The notes beneath the pieces are model-generated. The model saw only the letters and a list, made by a program, of their open reading frames with translations. It ran no database searches and was not told the origin of the DNA. From assembly GCA_963675745.2 (NCBI GenBank), contig CAXXWX010000020.1, positions 1-45,041 on the forward strand: 45,041 nt of DNA, in the 5' to 3' direction. Shown here in pieces: positions 28,701-39,580 of this stretch. Position 1 is the first letter of the stretch. Every line of letters begins with the position of its first letter. The stretch is from Phycisphaerae bacterium (GTDB taxonomy: Bacteria; Planctomycetota; Phycisphaerae; UBA1845; Fen-1342). The position numbers and the translations under genes are program-made.

Positions 28701-31700
28701 CTGCGCCGCTGCATGGCGGTGGTGATATCGGGCCCAAGAGGACGATCCAGGCAGCCCTGGATATTGCCGCAAGCGGCGACTCGGTGCTCGTCGCGGCGGG
28801 GACGTACTCAAGCGCGGGCAACTTCGGGTTGGACTTTCACGGTCAGTCGATTGTCGTTCGAGCCTACGAGCAGCCCGGCCCAACGGTGGTCGACTGCGGC
28901 GGCGCCGGCCGGGTAATCGATCCCAATTCACTCGGACCTGGACTAAGCACGCTCGAGGGTTTTGTGGTGCGCTACGGCGCTGCCGACTCCGGCGGTGCGG
29001 TCCTTCTGAGCTTCTGCCGCTTGCTGCTGCGCAACTGCACGCTCGAGGACAACGCCGCAACGAGTTCGGGGGGTGGGTTTGCGTGCTCGTATGCTTTGCC
29101 AGGGCTGCACAACATGACATTGCGCAACAACGCCGCCCCGGACGGAAGCGCTGCTCGTATGGTGTCCAGCCACGCGTATCTGGCCGACCGGTTGCGGGTG
29201 GAGACTGGTGAGCTGCTGGTCGAGTCGAGCTGGTTCACCGGTCCGGGCGAATTGAGCCTGGCCTATGGTACGCTGATGCTCGTGGCTCAGTCTGCTGATG
29301 CACCAGCAACCGTCTTCCGCACGGACATCAGCGGCAAGGGTGACATCTGGATCGAGGAAGACGCGGAGTTGCGGATCGAGCAGGGGGCGACGGTCGACCT
29401 GAGCGGCCACACCGGCAGCGGTTGTGCCGATCCGAACCAGGCCGACCAGTGGGGGACGATCACGATCGAGGGGGCCTTGGTCGTCCGCGATGCCACGATC
29501 CAGAACACGAACGTTGATGTCAAGCTGGCCGACTTTGAGGGTCACAACGACATCGTCAACAACAACATCTCCCTGCTGGAGTCGAGCGAGGGCTTCGGCG
29601 GCGAGTTCTGGGTTGAGGGTAACTCGCTGATCCGCTGCAACTACATCGTCTCCGAGGGTGACCGCTACCTGGACCTCGATCCCGACCCGAACGTCCCGGA
29701 AGACCAGCGTCCGACGCTGGAGTACAACACGATCCACGTGCTGATCACACAAGGCGCCGGTGGTGAGCGCGGCGAGCTGCTCGAATTGCGGGCTCAGGAC
29801 TACGACTGCGGCGGGCCCCACAACCCCGATTGCACCTCAGGTGCTTTCCAGGCCATCGGCAGCCCCGGCTTCACCGACGACCCCTCAGAGAACTGGGTAC
29901 TCAAGACGCTGGAGATTCTGCCCGACTGCAAGCTCAGTCTGACGAACCGGCAGCATTTCGACTTCCAACTGGACCCGAACCATCCGGAGACGGTCTATGT
30001 CCACACGCTGAAGCTGCACCCGGGCGCGGTTCTGAACACGGCGTTGCAGACGCTGTACTACGAGGACCTGGTAGACGAGAACGACCAGGTGCTGGTGCGT
30101 GATCCGAACGATCCACATGGTTTGCTGGCCAACGGCAGCCGGATCGTGGACGTGCCGCTGCTGGGCTTCTCGCTGAAGGTCATTCCGATGGAGGATGACG
30201 AGGAGTTCCGCGTCCGCGTCCGCCGGCGCCTGCGTGATCCCAACGATGTGCAGCCCGATCCGACGTCGTCAGATCCACGCCGTTGGAGGGTCTGATCGAG
30301 CGCGTATCGGTCCCGCTGCCGGGTGATCCCAACAACCACGCCATGGAGATGCGCACGCGCGACCCGAATGCGCAACCAGCCAGCTCGGTCGCGGCCAAAG
30401 GTGCCTTCGCCCGGGCGGGCGAGGATCAGATCATCGTGGCATTCGACTACCGCTTCACAGCAGCACCCGATCCCAACACGGTGCTGATTGTCCACCTCAG
30501 CGACGCACCGGACGTCAGCGAGAACCTGGTCGAGATCGCCCGGCTTTACCCGGCCCAACCCGGTTTGCCCGGTGCGGTTGGCAGCAATAGGTTCGCCACG
30601 TTCTTCGGTCGCTTCCCGCGTAATGGCTTGAACTTCCGCCGGGGGACTTACGTGGAGTTGAAGCTGCGCGGCAGTGACGCGGTGGTGCAGATCGACAACT
30701 GGGACCCGCAGATCGTCTGTTCGAGCACCGATGACTGCGGTGACTTCGGGCCGCCGAACGGCGTGGCCGAAGAGGACTTCCTGTACGTGCTGGGCGAGTA
30801 TGGTCAAACGCTCGATATCGCGGGAACCGGCCACGCGAAGTGGTGCCTGGACCAGGTCACGCAGGACGGCTTCATCGACCTGGACGACGTGCTGGTCTGG
30901 GACACGATCCTGAGTGATCCGTACGTGCTGGATCTGTGCGGTGGTGGTGAGCAGCGATCGCCAGGGCGGCGTTCCACGCGTGGTCCGGTGAATATCGCGC
31001 CGAATCGGCTGGTGATCGCCGGCAAGCCGAGCGGGGTCGACCCCTGGCAACTTCAGCCTCCAGGAGGACTTCCTCTACACCATCGACGCGCGCAACCAGA
31101 GTGCGGATGCGCGCTTGACGCCGGCCAGTGCACCGGGCGGGCCATTCAATCAGTATCGTGGCAATGGCCGGCTACTCGTCGATCCTGTCGGTCGGGTGCA
31201 CCAGTTGCACGGTGTGCAGGGGCTGATCCGGCTGGCAGATGCCCACACGGTGTTGGCGCCGACGGTCACCCCGCTGCCGTACGGCGACAGCCAGGTGCGG
31301 GTGGGACTGGCCGTGATCAGCAATGTGCCATACGGCGAGTCACTGCGGGACGCGGCGTTCGATATGCATGATCCGAACGTGCTGTACGTAGTGCCGGTGG
31401 AGGTGCAGCCGGCCACCGGGAACAGCTACCGGGCGGCCGCACGTCTGAGGCTGAGCGGCAGCACGTACACCGTGGAGCAGCTCTACGGTCTGAACCCGGC
31501 GAATGACCCGACCCAGAACGGTGATCCGCTGGAAACCTCGGTGGTCGACGTGCAGCGACTGAAGGAAATCGAGGTAGATGCGTACGGCAACGCGTTCGTG
31601 ATCAGCGGCCAGCGCCTGAACGACAACAGCTGGCTGCTGATCTATGACGCGGCCGGGAACGAGCAACGCATCCGGATATCCGATCCGAACTTCGGCGGCG

Positions 31701-32326
31701 TTCAGGGCCCGACGGCGTTGACGCTCTCCCGGGACGGCACACGCGCATACCTGGCCGCGTCGGCGACCTCGTACGGGGCGACCAGCACAACCGTGCGGCG
31801 TTACTGGATCCAGCGGGGTGTCAACCACGTGGTGACCGGCGTGCTGCATGATGCGCTGTCCGATGCGATCGTGATCGACAACATGCGGGACGTGACGAGC
31901 ATAGTTGAGCATCCCTGCACGGGGCGCTTGTGGGTGCTGGGCGTGATGCTGGAAGAACCACCGCAGGGCTGGGACTGGTGGGGTGAGTTTGCGACGTTCG
32001 GCAGCGACGATGAGATCTTCACGCAGGCGGTGCTGGCGGTGGTTGAGCCCAATGACACGCTCGTGACGGCCACGCCCCTGATCTGTCACGATCTGGCGTT
32101 GCCGATCGCCGCAGCGTTCCACGAGGCCGCGTGCGGGATTGGTGACCTCAACTGCGACGGCTGGGTGAACAACGGCGACATCGACGCTTTCGTCTACGCG
32201 CTGTCCTACCCCGAGCAGTATCCCAACGAGTACCCAGGTTGCGACATCATGCTCGGCGACGTCAACGGTGACGGCTGGGTCAACAACGGCGATATCGAGG
32301 CATTTGTCACGCTTGTCAGCGGATAA
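25742..32326 (+). CDS. Giant secreted beta-helix repeat protein, copy 2 (~2190 aa if repaired): beta-helix, BACON-like domain, beta-helix, conserved core, C-terminal dockerin-like repeats. Split by indels at ~25760-25803, ~30277 and ~31042
   Basis: ORFs 25811-30295, 30283-~31042 and ~31043-32326 join into one protein after single-base corrections, and the part that can be compared is collinear with copy 1. The signal peptide is homologous to copy 1 from ATG 25742. It ends GDLNCDGWVNNGDIDAF...GDVNGDGWVNNGDIEAF. Confidence 0.85.
29068..29916. repeat. Right arm of the ~850-bp inverted repeat (partner ~1026-1873)
   Basis: Reverse complement of the copy 1 segment. Confidence 0.88.
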
Positions 32327-32904
32327 TTGAACAGATACGCTCACCTGAGCGCGCCGGGGCCATCCCGCACGGGTGGTCCCGGCACCTCCTTGCGTCCACC
32401 GGGCATTCAACGGCATCGGCCGATGGGCGTGGTGGAGCAAGCGCAAACCCAACCGACCCGGTAGCGGTACCTTGCACGTCGTGGGTCGGTTGTGTCGGTG
32501 CATGCGCCTGCCCTGGGTGTTGTCCTGGCCGCCGACCCATCTCTCCCGCAATTCGCATGTCGCTGCCGGTGCGAGTGGCCGACGTTTGGTGTCACGCCCC
32601 AGGATTGGTCGCGTCCCGGTATGCGGCGTCCCAATACACGTCCCGACCGCCAATCTCTATTTGCTGGGGAGCATCGGTCCCGTGACCCTGCCAGCATGGA
32701 TCACGCGCCCGAGCACACGCCAATTAGAGCAATTACCAGCTCCGAACTGCGCTTGCACTGGTGGATCGATCTCCGGCGTGGGCAACGCCGCGAAGTGGGT
32801 GCAAGGCCCGACCAGCTGTGGCGGCAAAGGTGCCCGTTGCTTTGCGGCCCCGCGGAACTGAGGCATAATACGGTGAAGCCACATCCGAAGATCAAGGGAG
32901 CCGG

Positions 32905-35900
32905 GTGATGAGCCCCGATCCACCAGTTTCGTCGAGTGACTCTGCGGACGAGCGCAATCCCACGATCCCGTTAGCGTCGGAGGACGCCACTCAGGCGAGT
33001 CCCAGCGGCCGGCATCCTGATTCTGTCCCGCGCGGCTCGATCGCGGGCTATGAGCTTGTTCGCGAACTGCACCGCGGCGGGCAAGGCGTGGTCTATCAGG
33101 CCATCCAAGATGCCACCAAGCGCAAGGTGGCGATAAAGGTACTGCTAGAGGGCCCGTACGCATCACCCGCCGCAAAGCGGCGCTTCGAGCGCGAGATCGA
33201 ACTGGCCGCCAGCCTCAAGCATGCGAACATCATCTCCGTCTTTCACTCGGGCCAAACGGACGAAGGACGCCAGTTCTGTGCCATGGAGTATGTCCGCGGC
33301 GTACCGATCTGCGAGTACGTCCGACACAAGACGCTGACGCTCGAGGAGACGCTCGGGCTTTTCCAGGATGTTTGCGACGCCGTCAACTACGCGCATCAAA
33401 AGGGCGTGATCCATCGCGACCTGAAGCCCTCGAACATCCTCGTGGACACCGAAGGCGCGCCCAAACTGCTGGATTTCGGCCTGTCCAAGATGGTCGGCGG
33501 GGCCGAGCAGACGCTGATCTCGATGACCGGGCAGGTCATGGGGACGCTGCCATACATGTCGCCCGAGCAGACGCGCGGCAATCCGGATGAGATCGACATC
33601 CGCACCGACGTCTACGCCCTGGGCGTGATCCTCTACCAGATGCTGACGGGCGAGTATCCGTACCCGGTCGTCGGGCAGATGAGCGAGGTGCTCAAGCACA
33701 TCGCCGAGACACCACCGACGCCGCCCAGCCGCGTGTGGCGGGCCGAGGGGGGTGTGGCCAAACGCTCGGTCAGACGGCTGCGGCCCGGCGAATGCCCTAT
33801 CGACGACGAGTTGGAAACCGTTGTTTTGAAGGCCCTCTCGAAGGAACGCGAGCGCCGCTACCAGAGCGCCGGTGACCTGAGCCGGGATCTCGGGCACTAT
33901 CTGTCCGGGGAGCCGATCGAGGCCCGGCGCGACAGCAGCTGGTATCTGCTGAAAAAGACGCTCTCGTTGCACCGCCGCGCCGTTGGGGTGGCGGTCGGGC
34001 TCGTGGCGGTGATCGTCGCAGCCCTGATTGTGTCAACCGTTTTCTGGCGGCAGGCGGTCGACGAGCGGAATCACGCACAGCAGGCGGCAGACGATGCGCA
34101 ACAAGCACAAGCCGCCGAGGCGACCCAGCGCGCCGAGGCGGAGCGCCTGGCCGAGCTGAGCCGCCGGCGGATGGTGCAACTGCTTCAGGCCGAGGGGACA
34201 CGGCTGATGATGGCCGGCGACCTGATCGGGTCGTTGCACCCATTTGTCGAAGCACTACGGCTGGATCAGGGCGATCCCGAGCGTGAGGAGATGCACCGCA
34301 TTCGGCTGGGAACAATCCTCCGTCAATGCCCGAAGCTGGCGGCAATCCACGTGTTTGACGATCCGCCGTTCTTCACCGATGGCGAGCACATCGTCACGCG
34401 GAATGACGAATCCGTGCGGGTTTGGGACGCGCTCGACGGCCGACCATTGAGTCCGCCCATCCAGCACGCGCAGGTTGTTCATGTTTCCTTCAGCCCGGAC
34501 GGCCACTTGCTCGCAACGTCGGGCAAAGACAACACGGCGCGCGTGTGGGTGGTGGCGACGGGCGCGCTCCGCGGAGCGCCGCTTGCGCATAGTGCGACCG
34601 TCGCGCGGACCATGTTTAGCCCGGATGGAACGCGCGTCGTGACCGCCAGTGAGGACTCCACGGCGCGCGTATGGGATGTCGCTACAGGCAGCGCGATCAC
34701 ACCCCCGCTAACGCACGATGGAGAAGTCCGTCATGCTGAATTCAGCCCAGACGGGCGCGTGATTGCGACGGGGAGCAGTGATAACACTGCCCGCTTGTGG
34801 AATGCAGCGACCGGAGAGCCAATTGGTGCATTGATGCAGTGCGAGCACAGTGTTCACGGCGCCGTCTTTAGCCCGGACGGTCAGTTCCTGGCAACGGCCG
34901 ATGCGAATGGTCATCTGCGAATCTGGGATTCGGCAACAGGTGAGCCGCTGTGTTCGCCGTTCGATGCGTACTCAAGCCAATGGGGAGGCCACGTGGGACC
35001 CGAGCCGCGTTTCAGCCCGGACGGCGAACGTGTGGCGATGCGCCGGACCGGCCCAATAACACTCCTCAGCGTTCCAGATGGTTCGCCATGCAACTGGACA
35101 ATCACGCACAATGCGCGCCACGACCCTGTAAACTGCTTGTCGTTTAGCACGGATGGTCGGTTGGTTGCGACCGCTGGCGTTGATCGCACCGTCCGCATTT
35201 GGGATGCCCACACTGGGATGCTACGAATGCCGGTCCTCGGAGACGCTGCGTTCGTAAGCCAAGTGGCCTTCCATCCGAACGGCCACCACGTGGTTACGTT
35301 GTCACGCGGGGGCGCACGAGTCTGGGATCTGATAACACAGCATGCAGGTGCATCACCACCGGGTTCAAAGTGGCATTGGTGGGCAAGGGTGTTTGGCCCC
35401 GATGGCAAGTGGAAAGACGTTCCCGTCCTGCAATCTGAGCCAGGCCGCGACCAAGCCGTTGCTATCGTGGGCCCGGCGTCACCTACATACGGCGACTTCT
35501 TTCCTGACGCTTATCTCCGCCGCTTTAGCAACCGCGTTGTCACGAGAGGCCCAGGAACCGACGTGACAGTGCGCGATGCACTCACACATGAGCCAATTAC
35601 GCCGCCGCTGACACACGCGGCCGACGTGCGGTATGCGCGGTTCAGCCCGGACGGCGCTTACCTGGTGACCGTAACCACGGGCGCCGTCAGGGTATGGGAT
35701 GCGACAACAGGACTACCGGTGACCTCTCGGTTACGTCCTCGAGAGCGGGTGCAAGAAGCGCACTTCAGCCCCGATGGTCGACTGCTGCTGACAATAGGAC
35801 GCGAAACCGCCCAGCTTTGGAAGACCACGACTGGCGCGGTTGCGGCCCCCCCATTTAAGCCGGACGGAGAGATCAAACTTGCCTGGTATGGTGACCAAGG

Positions 35901-37503
35901 AGCGCGCATTGTGAGCGTCGCCGGCCCTGTTGTACAAGTGTCGGACGTCATCGAGCGCATCCCCCTTCACCCCGCACTGACCATGTCAGGTTCGGTAAGT
36001 CAGTGCGCGCTCAGCCCAGACGCTGCGCGCATTTTTGTCGTCAGCGACAACGGGGACGCCCGGCTGATCGATGCGGGGACAGGCAATCCGTTAGCCCAGC
36101 CGATATACCACGGGTTAGGAGTCCGCCTCGTGGAGTTCAGTCCGCTCGGCACGTGCGTCGCCACGTCGGACTACGATCACACGCTGAGGATCTGGGACGT
36201 CGCCACCGGTGCGCTCGTCGCACGCCCTATTAGGCACGACAGTTACCTTGTGGGCGTCGCGTTCAGTGCAGACGGACGTCGTATTCTGGTGACAGCTGAC
36301 GATGCTGACTACCTGTATGATGTATCCACCGGAGAGCTACTGATACCGCCCTGCGCGAACCAGCAGCCGTCGACGTGCGTCCCCGTGTTATCGAAGGATG
36401 TGCGCTGGCTGATCAGGATAGACGACTATCGCCGACTCACGTGCGTCTTCGATCTCACGGCACTCGACTGGCCTCTAGACGATCTGGTTCTGATGACACA
36501 GGTGCTCAGCAGCCATGAGAGACGGGAGTTCGGCGACCTGCGCCCGTTGCCTGCAGACAGGACAATAAACGCCTGGAACGTGCTCCGATCGAAGTACCCT
36601 GACTTCTTCACCGCAACGCCGCAGCAGATCACAGCGTGGCGCGTGGCCGCGGAGTCTGAGGTTTACGCTCAACACGAACGCGCAGCATCCGATTGCTTTT
36701 ATGCGCAAGACTGGGTGGGCACTCTTCGACATTTAAACGCCGTGATCGACATGGAACTTACGTCAGCCCAGCATTACTGCCGTCGAGCTCACGCGCTATG
36801 TGAAACTGGCGATTGGCAATCGGCGAAGCGTGATTTTTACAAAGCGCTTGAGCTGACGAATGGCGAGCGACTTCCGTGGGGGCATGACCGGTGGTTGGCC
36901 AGAATAGAAGCGAGCGACGATGAGACCTTTCAGCGCGCCAAAGACTTGGTGGCAAAGCTATTTCGCGAACTACCGCTGCGCGTCGACGTAATCGCGGAAC
37001 TGCGCTCTGCCACCGACCTGGACGAGCACATGCGGGCAGCCGCCTTGCGCTTGGCCATCGGCAGCGAGGACCGGGCGGAGACACTGAACGAGCATGCCTG
37101 GGAAATCGTGCGCTCGCCCGAGCGAACGGCGCAGGAATACAAGCTCGCGTTGCGCAAAGCAGAGGCGATGATCGAGCGCGAACCCTATAACGGATACTAC
37201 CTGAACACGCTCGGCGTTGCTCAATACCGTGTGGGCGACTACGCCGCCGCACTCGAAACGCTCCACTGGGCCGACGAAGTCAACTCGGTGGCGCAGGAGG
37301 GCGGCATTCCGGCCGATGTGGCCTTCATTGCGATGGCGCTGCACCGCCTCGGCAAGCAGGCGGAGGCCCTGGACGCGCTGGAGCGGCTCCGCGCACTCGT
37401 GCAGGCGCCCGGCGACGCCGACAACGAGGAGTCGCGAGGTTTTCTGCACGAGGCGGAGTCACTGATCATGCGACCGGGCTCGCAGCAAGGCCTCTCACCT
37501 TGA
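32905..37503 (+). CDS. Ser/Thr protein kinase with a TM helix, WD40 beta-propellers and C-terminal TPRs
   Basis: Motifs RGGQGVVY, HRDLKPSN, DFG, YMSPEQ. TM AVGVAVGLVAVIVAALIVSTVFW. More than 12 FSPDG...D.TARVWD-type repeats. TPR YLNTLGVAQYR. RBS AGGGAG. Confidence 0.95.
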   Translation: MMSPDPPVSSSDSADERNPTIPLASEDATQASPSGRHPDSVPRGSIAGYELVRELHRGGQGVVYQAIQDATKRKVAIKVLLEGPYASPAAKRRFEREIELAASLKHANIISVFHSGQTDEGRQFCAMEYVRGVPICEYVRHKTLTLEETLGLFQDVCDAVNYAHQKGVIHRDLKPSNILVDTEGAPKLLDFGLSKMVGGAEQTLISMTGQVMGTLPYMSPEQTRGNPDEIDIRTDVYALGVILYQMLTGEYPYPVVGQMSEVLKHIAETPPTPPSRVWRAEGGVAKRSVRRLRPGECPIDDELETVVLKALSKERERRYQSAGDLSRDLGHYLSGEPIEARRDSSWYLLKKTLSLHRRAVGVAVGLVAVIVAALIVSTVFWRQAVDERNHAQQAADDAQQAQAAEATQRAEAERLAELSRRRMVQLLQAEGTRLMMAGDLIGSLHPFVEALRLDQGDPEREEMHRIRLGTILRQCPKLAAIHVFDDPPFFTDGEHIVTRNDESVRVWDALDGRPLSPPIQHAQVVHVSFSPDGHLLATSGKDNTARVWVVATGALRGAPLAHSATVARTMFSPDGTRVVTASEDSTARVWDVATGSAITPPLTHDGEVRHAEFSPDGRVIATGSSDNTARLWNAATGEPIGALMQCEHSVHGAVFSPDGQFLATADANGHLRIWDSATGEPLCSPFDAYSSQWGGHVGPEPRFSPDGERVAMRRTGPITLLSVPDGSPCNWTITHNARHDPVNCLSFSTDGRLVATAGVDRTVRIWDAHTGMLRMPVLGDAAFVSQVAFHPNGHHVVTLSRGGARVWDLITQHAGASPPGSKWHWWARVFGPDGKWKDVPVLQSEPGRDQAVAIVGPASPTYGDFFPDAYLRRFSNRVVTRGPGTDVTVRDALTHEPITPPLTHAADVRYARFSPDGAYLVTVTTGAVRVWDATTGLPVTSRLRPRERVQEAHFSPDGRLLLTIGRETAQLWKTTTGAVAAPPFKPDGEIKLAWYGDQGARIVSVAGPVVQVSDVIERIPLHPALTMSGSVSQCALSPDAARIFVVSDNGDARLIDAGTGNPLAQPIYHGLGVRLVEFSPLGTCVATSDYDHTLRIWDVATGALVARPIRHDSYLVGVAFSADGRRILVTADDADYLYDVSTGELLIPPCANQQPSTCVPVLSKDVRWLIRIDDYRRLTCVFDLTALDWPLDDLVLMTQVLSSHERREFGDLRPLPADRTINAWNVLRSKYPDFFTATPQQITAWRVAAESEVYAQHERAASDCFYAQDWVGTLRHLNAVIDMELTSAQHYCRRAHALCETGDWQSAKRDFYKALELTNGERLPWGHDRWLARIEASDDETFQRAKDLVAKLFRELPLRVDVIAELRSATDLDEHMRAAALRLAIGSEDRAETLNEHAWEIVRSPERTAQEYKLALRKAEAMIEREPYNGYYLNTLGVAQYRVGDYAAALETLHWADEVNSVAQEGGIPADVAFIAMALHRLGKQAEALDALERLRALVQAPGDADNEESRGFLHEAESLIMRPGSQQGLSP

Positions 37504-37706
37504 AGCACAGGGGCCAACGCCGATGCGGCGCGCGGGCTGCCCTCTTTCCTAGCGAAGCCAAGGAACAGGAACGGCAACTAACGGTCGGACCGCTATGGCG
37601 ATTCCCTGCCCAAACCGGGCCGAGGCCGAGGGGCGGCGGCCCGACATTGGGACCAACCCGCTTTGAGAACGAGACGATGGCGTCCAGCGCTCGGCCGCGC
37701 CCAAGA

Positions 37707-37757
37707 GTGACCAACTCTGACCAGACGCCGGACCGAGTGACCAACTACTGACCAACT
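37707..37757 (+). repeat. Cluster of TGACCAACT direct repeats (37708, 37738, 37749; variant at 37718)
   Basis: Read directly. Inverted copies at 44997-45018. Confidence 0.8.
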
Positions 37758-37967
37758 ACCGAAGCCTCGAACGGAGTGCTTGCACCTAAACAGTTTCTGA
37801 TAAAGGGATTACGTCTATCGTGGGCTTGAGCCCCGACACGACTGTCGTACTACGGGGCAGGACGTCATGAATCGCCGTTTTTGGGCCAGAAATGCGGTTT
37901 CAGCAATAGGCGGGCCTCGGCGGCCGCTTCGCCAAGATACACGTAAAGTATTACAAAATAAAAAGAT

Positions 37968-38009
37968 AGCGGGCGATCGGATTCGAACCGACGACGTCCA
38001 GCTTGGGAA
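37968..38009 (-). mobile_element. 3' half of tRNA-Gly(CCC), probable att-site duplication of an integrated element
   Basis: Minus strand TTCCCAAGCTGGACGTCGTCGGTTCGAATCCGATCGCCCGCT gives an anticodon loop, a T-arm (GTTCGAATC) and the 3' acceptor strand. No matching 5' half or D-arm upstream. Confidence 0.85.
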
Positions 38010-38210
38010 ACTAGGATCGGCCCTGGCCGATTGGCTCTCAAAGCCTGTGTTTCCAGTATCTTAGCGTGATTCGCAGTTTTCGCAATCCGGCGCATTTCGA
38101 CGCGTTTTCACGCGTTTTGTGGTAGTACTACCACCTTTACGAACGACTACCGCAGCAACGACGCCGCGGCCGCGTTGCCATGCCCCCACTATTGCCCCGC
38201 GGAACCCAGC

Positions 38211-38954
38211 TCACCTGTTTGGTGACTCATCCCCCGAATCATCGCCAAACACGGCGCGGTACAGCACGCCTGCAATCAGAGCGCCCACCAGCGGCGCGAC
38301 CCAGAACAGCCAGAGCTGGCCCAGCGCCCAGCCGCCGACAAAGAGGGCCGGCGCCGTACTGCGCGCAGGGTTCACCGAGAGATTCGTCACCGGGATGCCG
38401 ATGAGGTGGATCAATGTCAACGCCAGACCGATCGCCAGCGGCGCGAAGCCCTGCGGGGCGCGCTTGTCGGTCGAGCCGAGGATGATCATCAGGAACATGA
38501 AGGTCAGCACGACCTCGGCGACTAGGCACGCCATGAGCGAGTAACCGCCCGGCGAATGGTCGGCGTAGCCGTTGGCGGCGAACCCGTCGGCCAGAGCGAA
38601 GCCTTCCCGGCCGGACGCGATCACATACAGCACGGCCGCCGCGGCGATGCCGCCGACGAGCTGCGCGATCACGTACGGCACGAAGTCGGCGGCCTTGAAC
38701 CGCCCCCCCGCGAGCAGCCCCAACGACACGGCGGGGTTGAGATGACAGCCGGAGATGTGGCCGATGGCGTAGGCCATGGTCAGGACAGTGAGGCCGAAGG
38801 CCAAGGCGACTCCGACGAACCCGATGCCGAGGTTCAGCGGCGTGCTGCCCTCGGCCGCGATGAACTTGGCCGCGAGCACCGCGCTGCCGCAGCCTCCGAA
38901 GACGAGCCAGAACGTGCCGATGCCCTCGGCAACGGATCGTTTCCAAAGGACCAT
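38211..38954 (-). CDS. aqpZ: Aquaporin Z (MIP channel)
   Basis: [31 protein letters not shown] and [11 protein letters not shown] (two NPA motifs), GFAANGY. Confidence 0.97.
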   Translation of the reverse strand: MVLWKRSVAEGIGTFWLVFGGCGSAVLAAKFIAAEGSTPLNLGIGFVGVALAFGLTVLTMAYAIGHISGCHLNPAVSLGLLAGGRFKAADFVPYVIAQLVGGIAAAAVLYVIASGREGFALADGFAANGYADHSPGGYSLMACLVAEVVLTFMFLMIILGSTDKRAPQGFAPLAIGLALTLIHLIGIPVTNLSVNPARSTAPALFVGGWALGQLWLFWVAPLVGALIAGVLYRAVFGDDSGDESPNR

Positions 38955-39403
38955 GCTGCACCTGCTTTCTGAACGAAGACCCGGAGAGAAGGCCTGACGT
39001 CTTCACCCACAGTGACGAGCCATGGGCGGGAGCAGTCCGACGTCCCCGCAGGATTCTTGGCCGCGGGAGGGCTTGCCAGCTGCATCCGATTATTCGGGCG
39101 TATCTGGTACGTTGCCGGACCTTTTATCCGAACGCTGCCCTGCGTCAACCCCTCGTTAGCTGAGTCATCCCCAGTTTCGTGAAGGTCGCGAGGCGTGGGG
39201 CGGCTCTCAGCACCATACCGCAAGGGTGGCACGGTTTCGAGCGTACGCTCGGCGCAAGCAGAGCAAGGGAACCGCCAGCTGAGTCATCCTCCATTTGGAG
39301 CGGCGTTGGTGATGGCAAAGGCTGTCTGGCCACGGGTGCCGCACCAGCAGGTGCTTGAAAGGTTGCTGAAGTCTGCCCGACCCGCTCATGCGGGAACTCG
39401 TGG

Positions 39404-39580
39404 TTACCAGCGCCCGCTCGGTTTGCCTTCTGCCCGCGCCAGGCGGACAAGGCGCACGTACAACACCAGCAGCGCGAGCGGCGGAACGACGAGACCGGCG
39501 ATCATCCACATCAACTGTCGCCATTGCCGGAAGCCGAGTTCCAGCGCCCACTTCCCGCAGATGATCGCGGTGATCACGCC
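39404..39580 (-). pseudogene. 5'-truncated small membrane protein fragment
   Basis: Reads GVITAIICGKWALELGFRQWRQLMWMIAGLVVPPLALLVLYVRLVRLARAEGKPSGRW*. Upstream in-frame sequence is unrelated and hits a stop. Absent from the ORF track. Confidence 0.5.

Noticed and set aside
37700..37760. CRISPR array
   Set aside because: Repeats are only 9-10 nt with no spacer-length unique sequences, and there are no cas genes.
37968..38045. Intact tRNA-Gly gene
   Set aside because: The 5' acceptor strand and D-arm are absent, and the 5' anticodon stem reads CTAGT rather than CCAGC.
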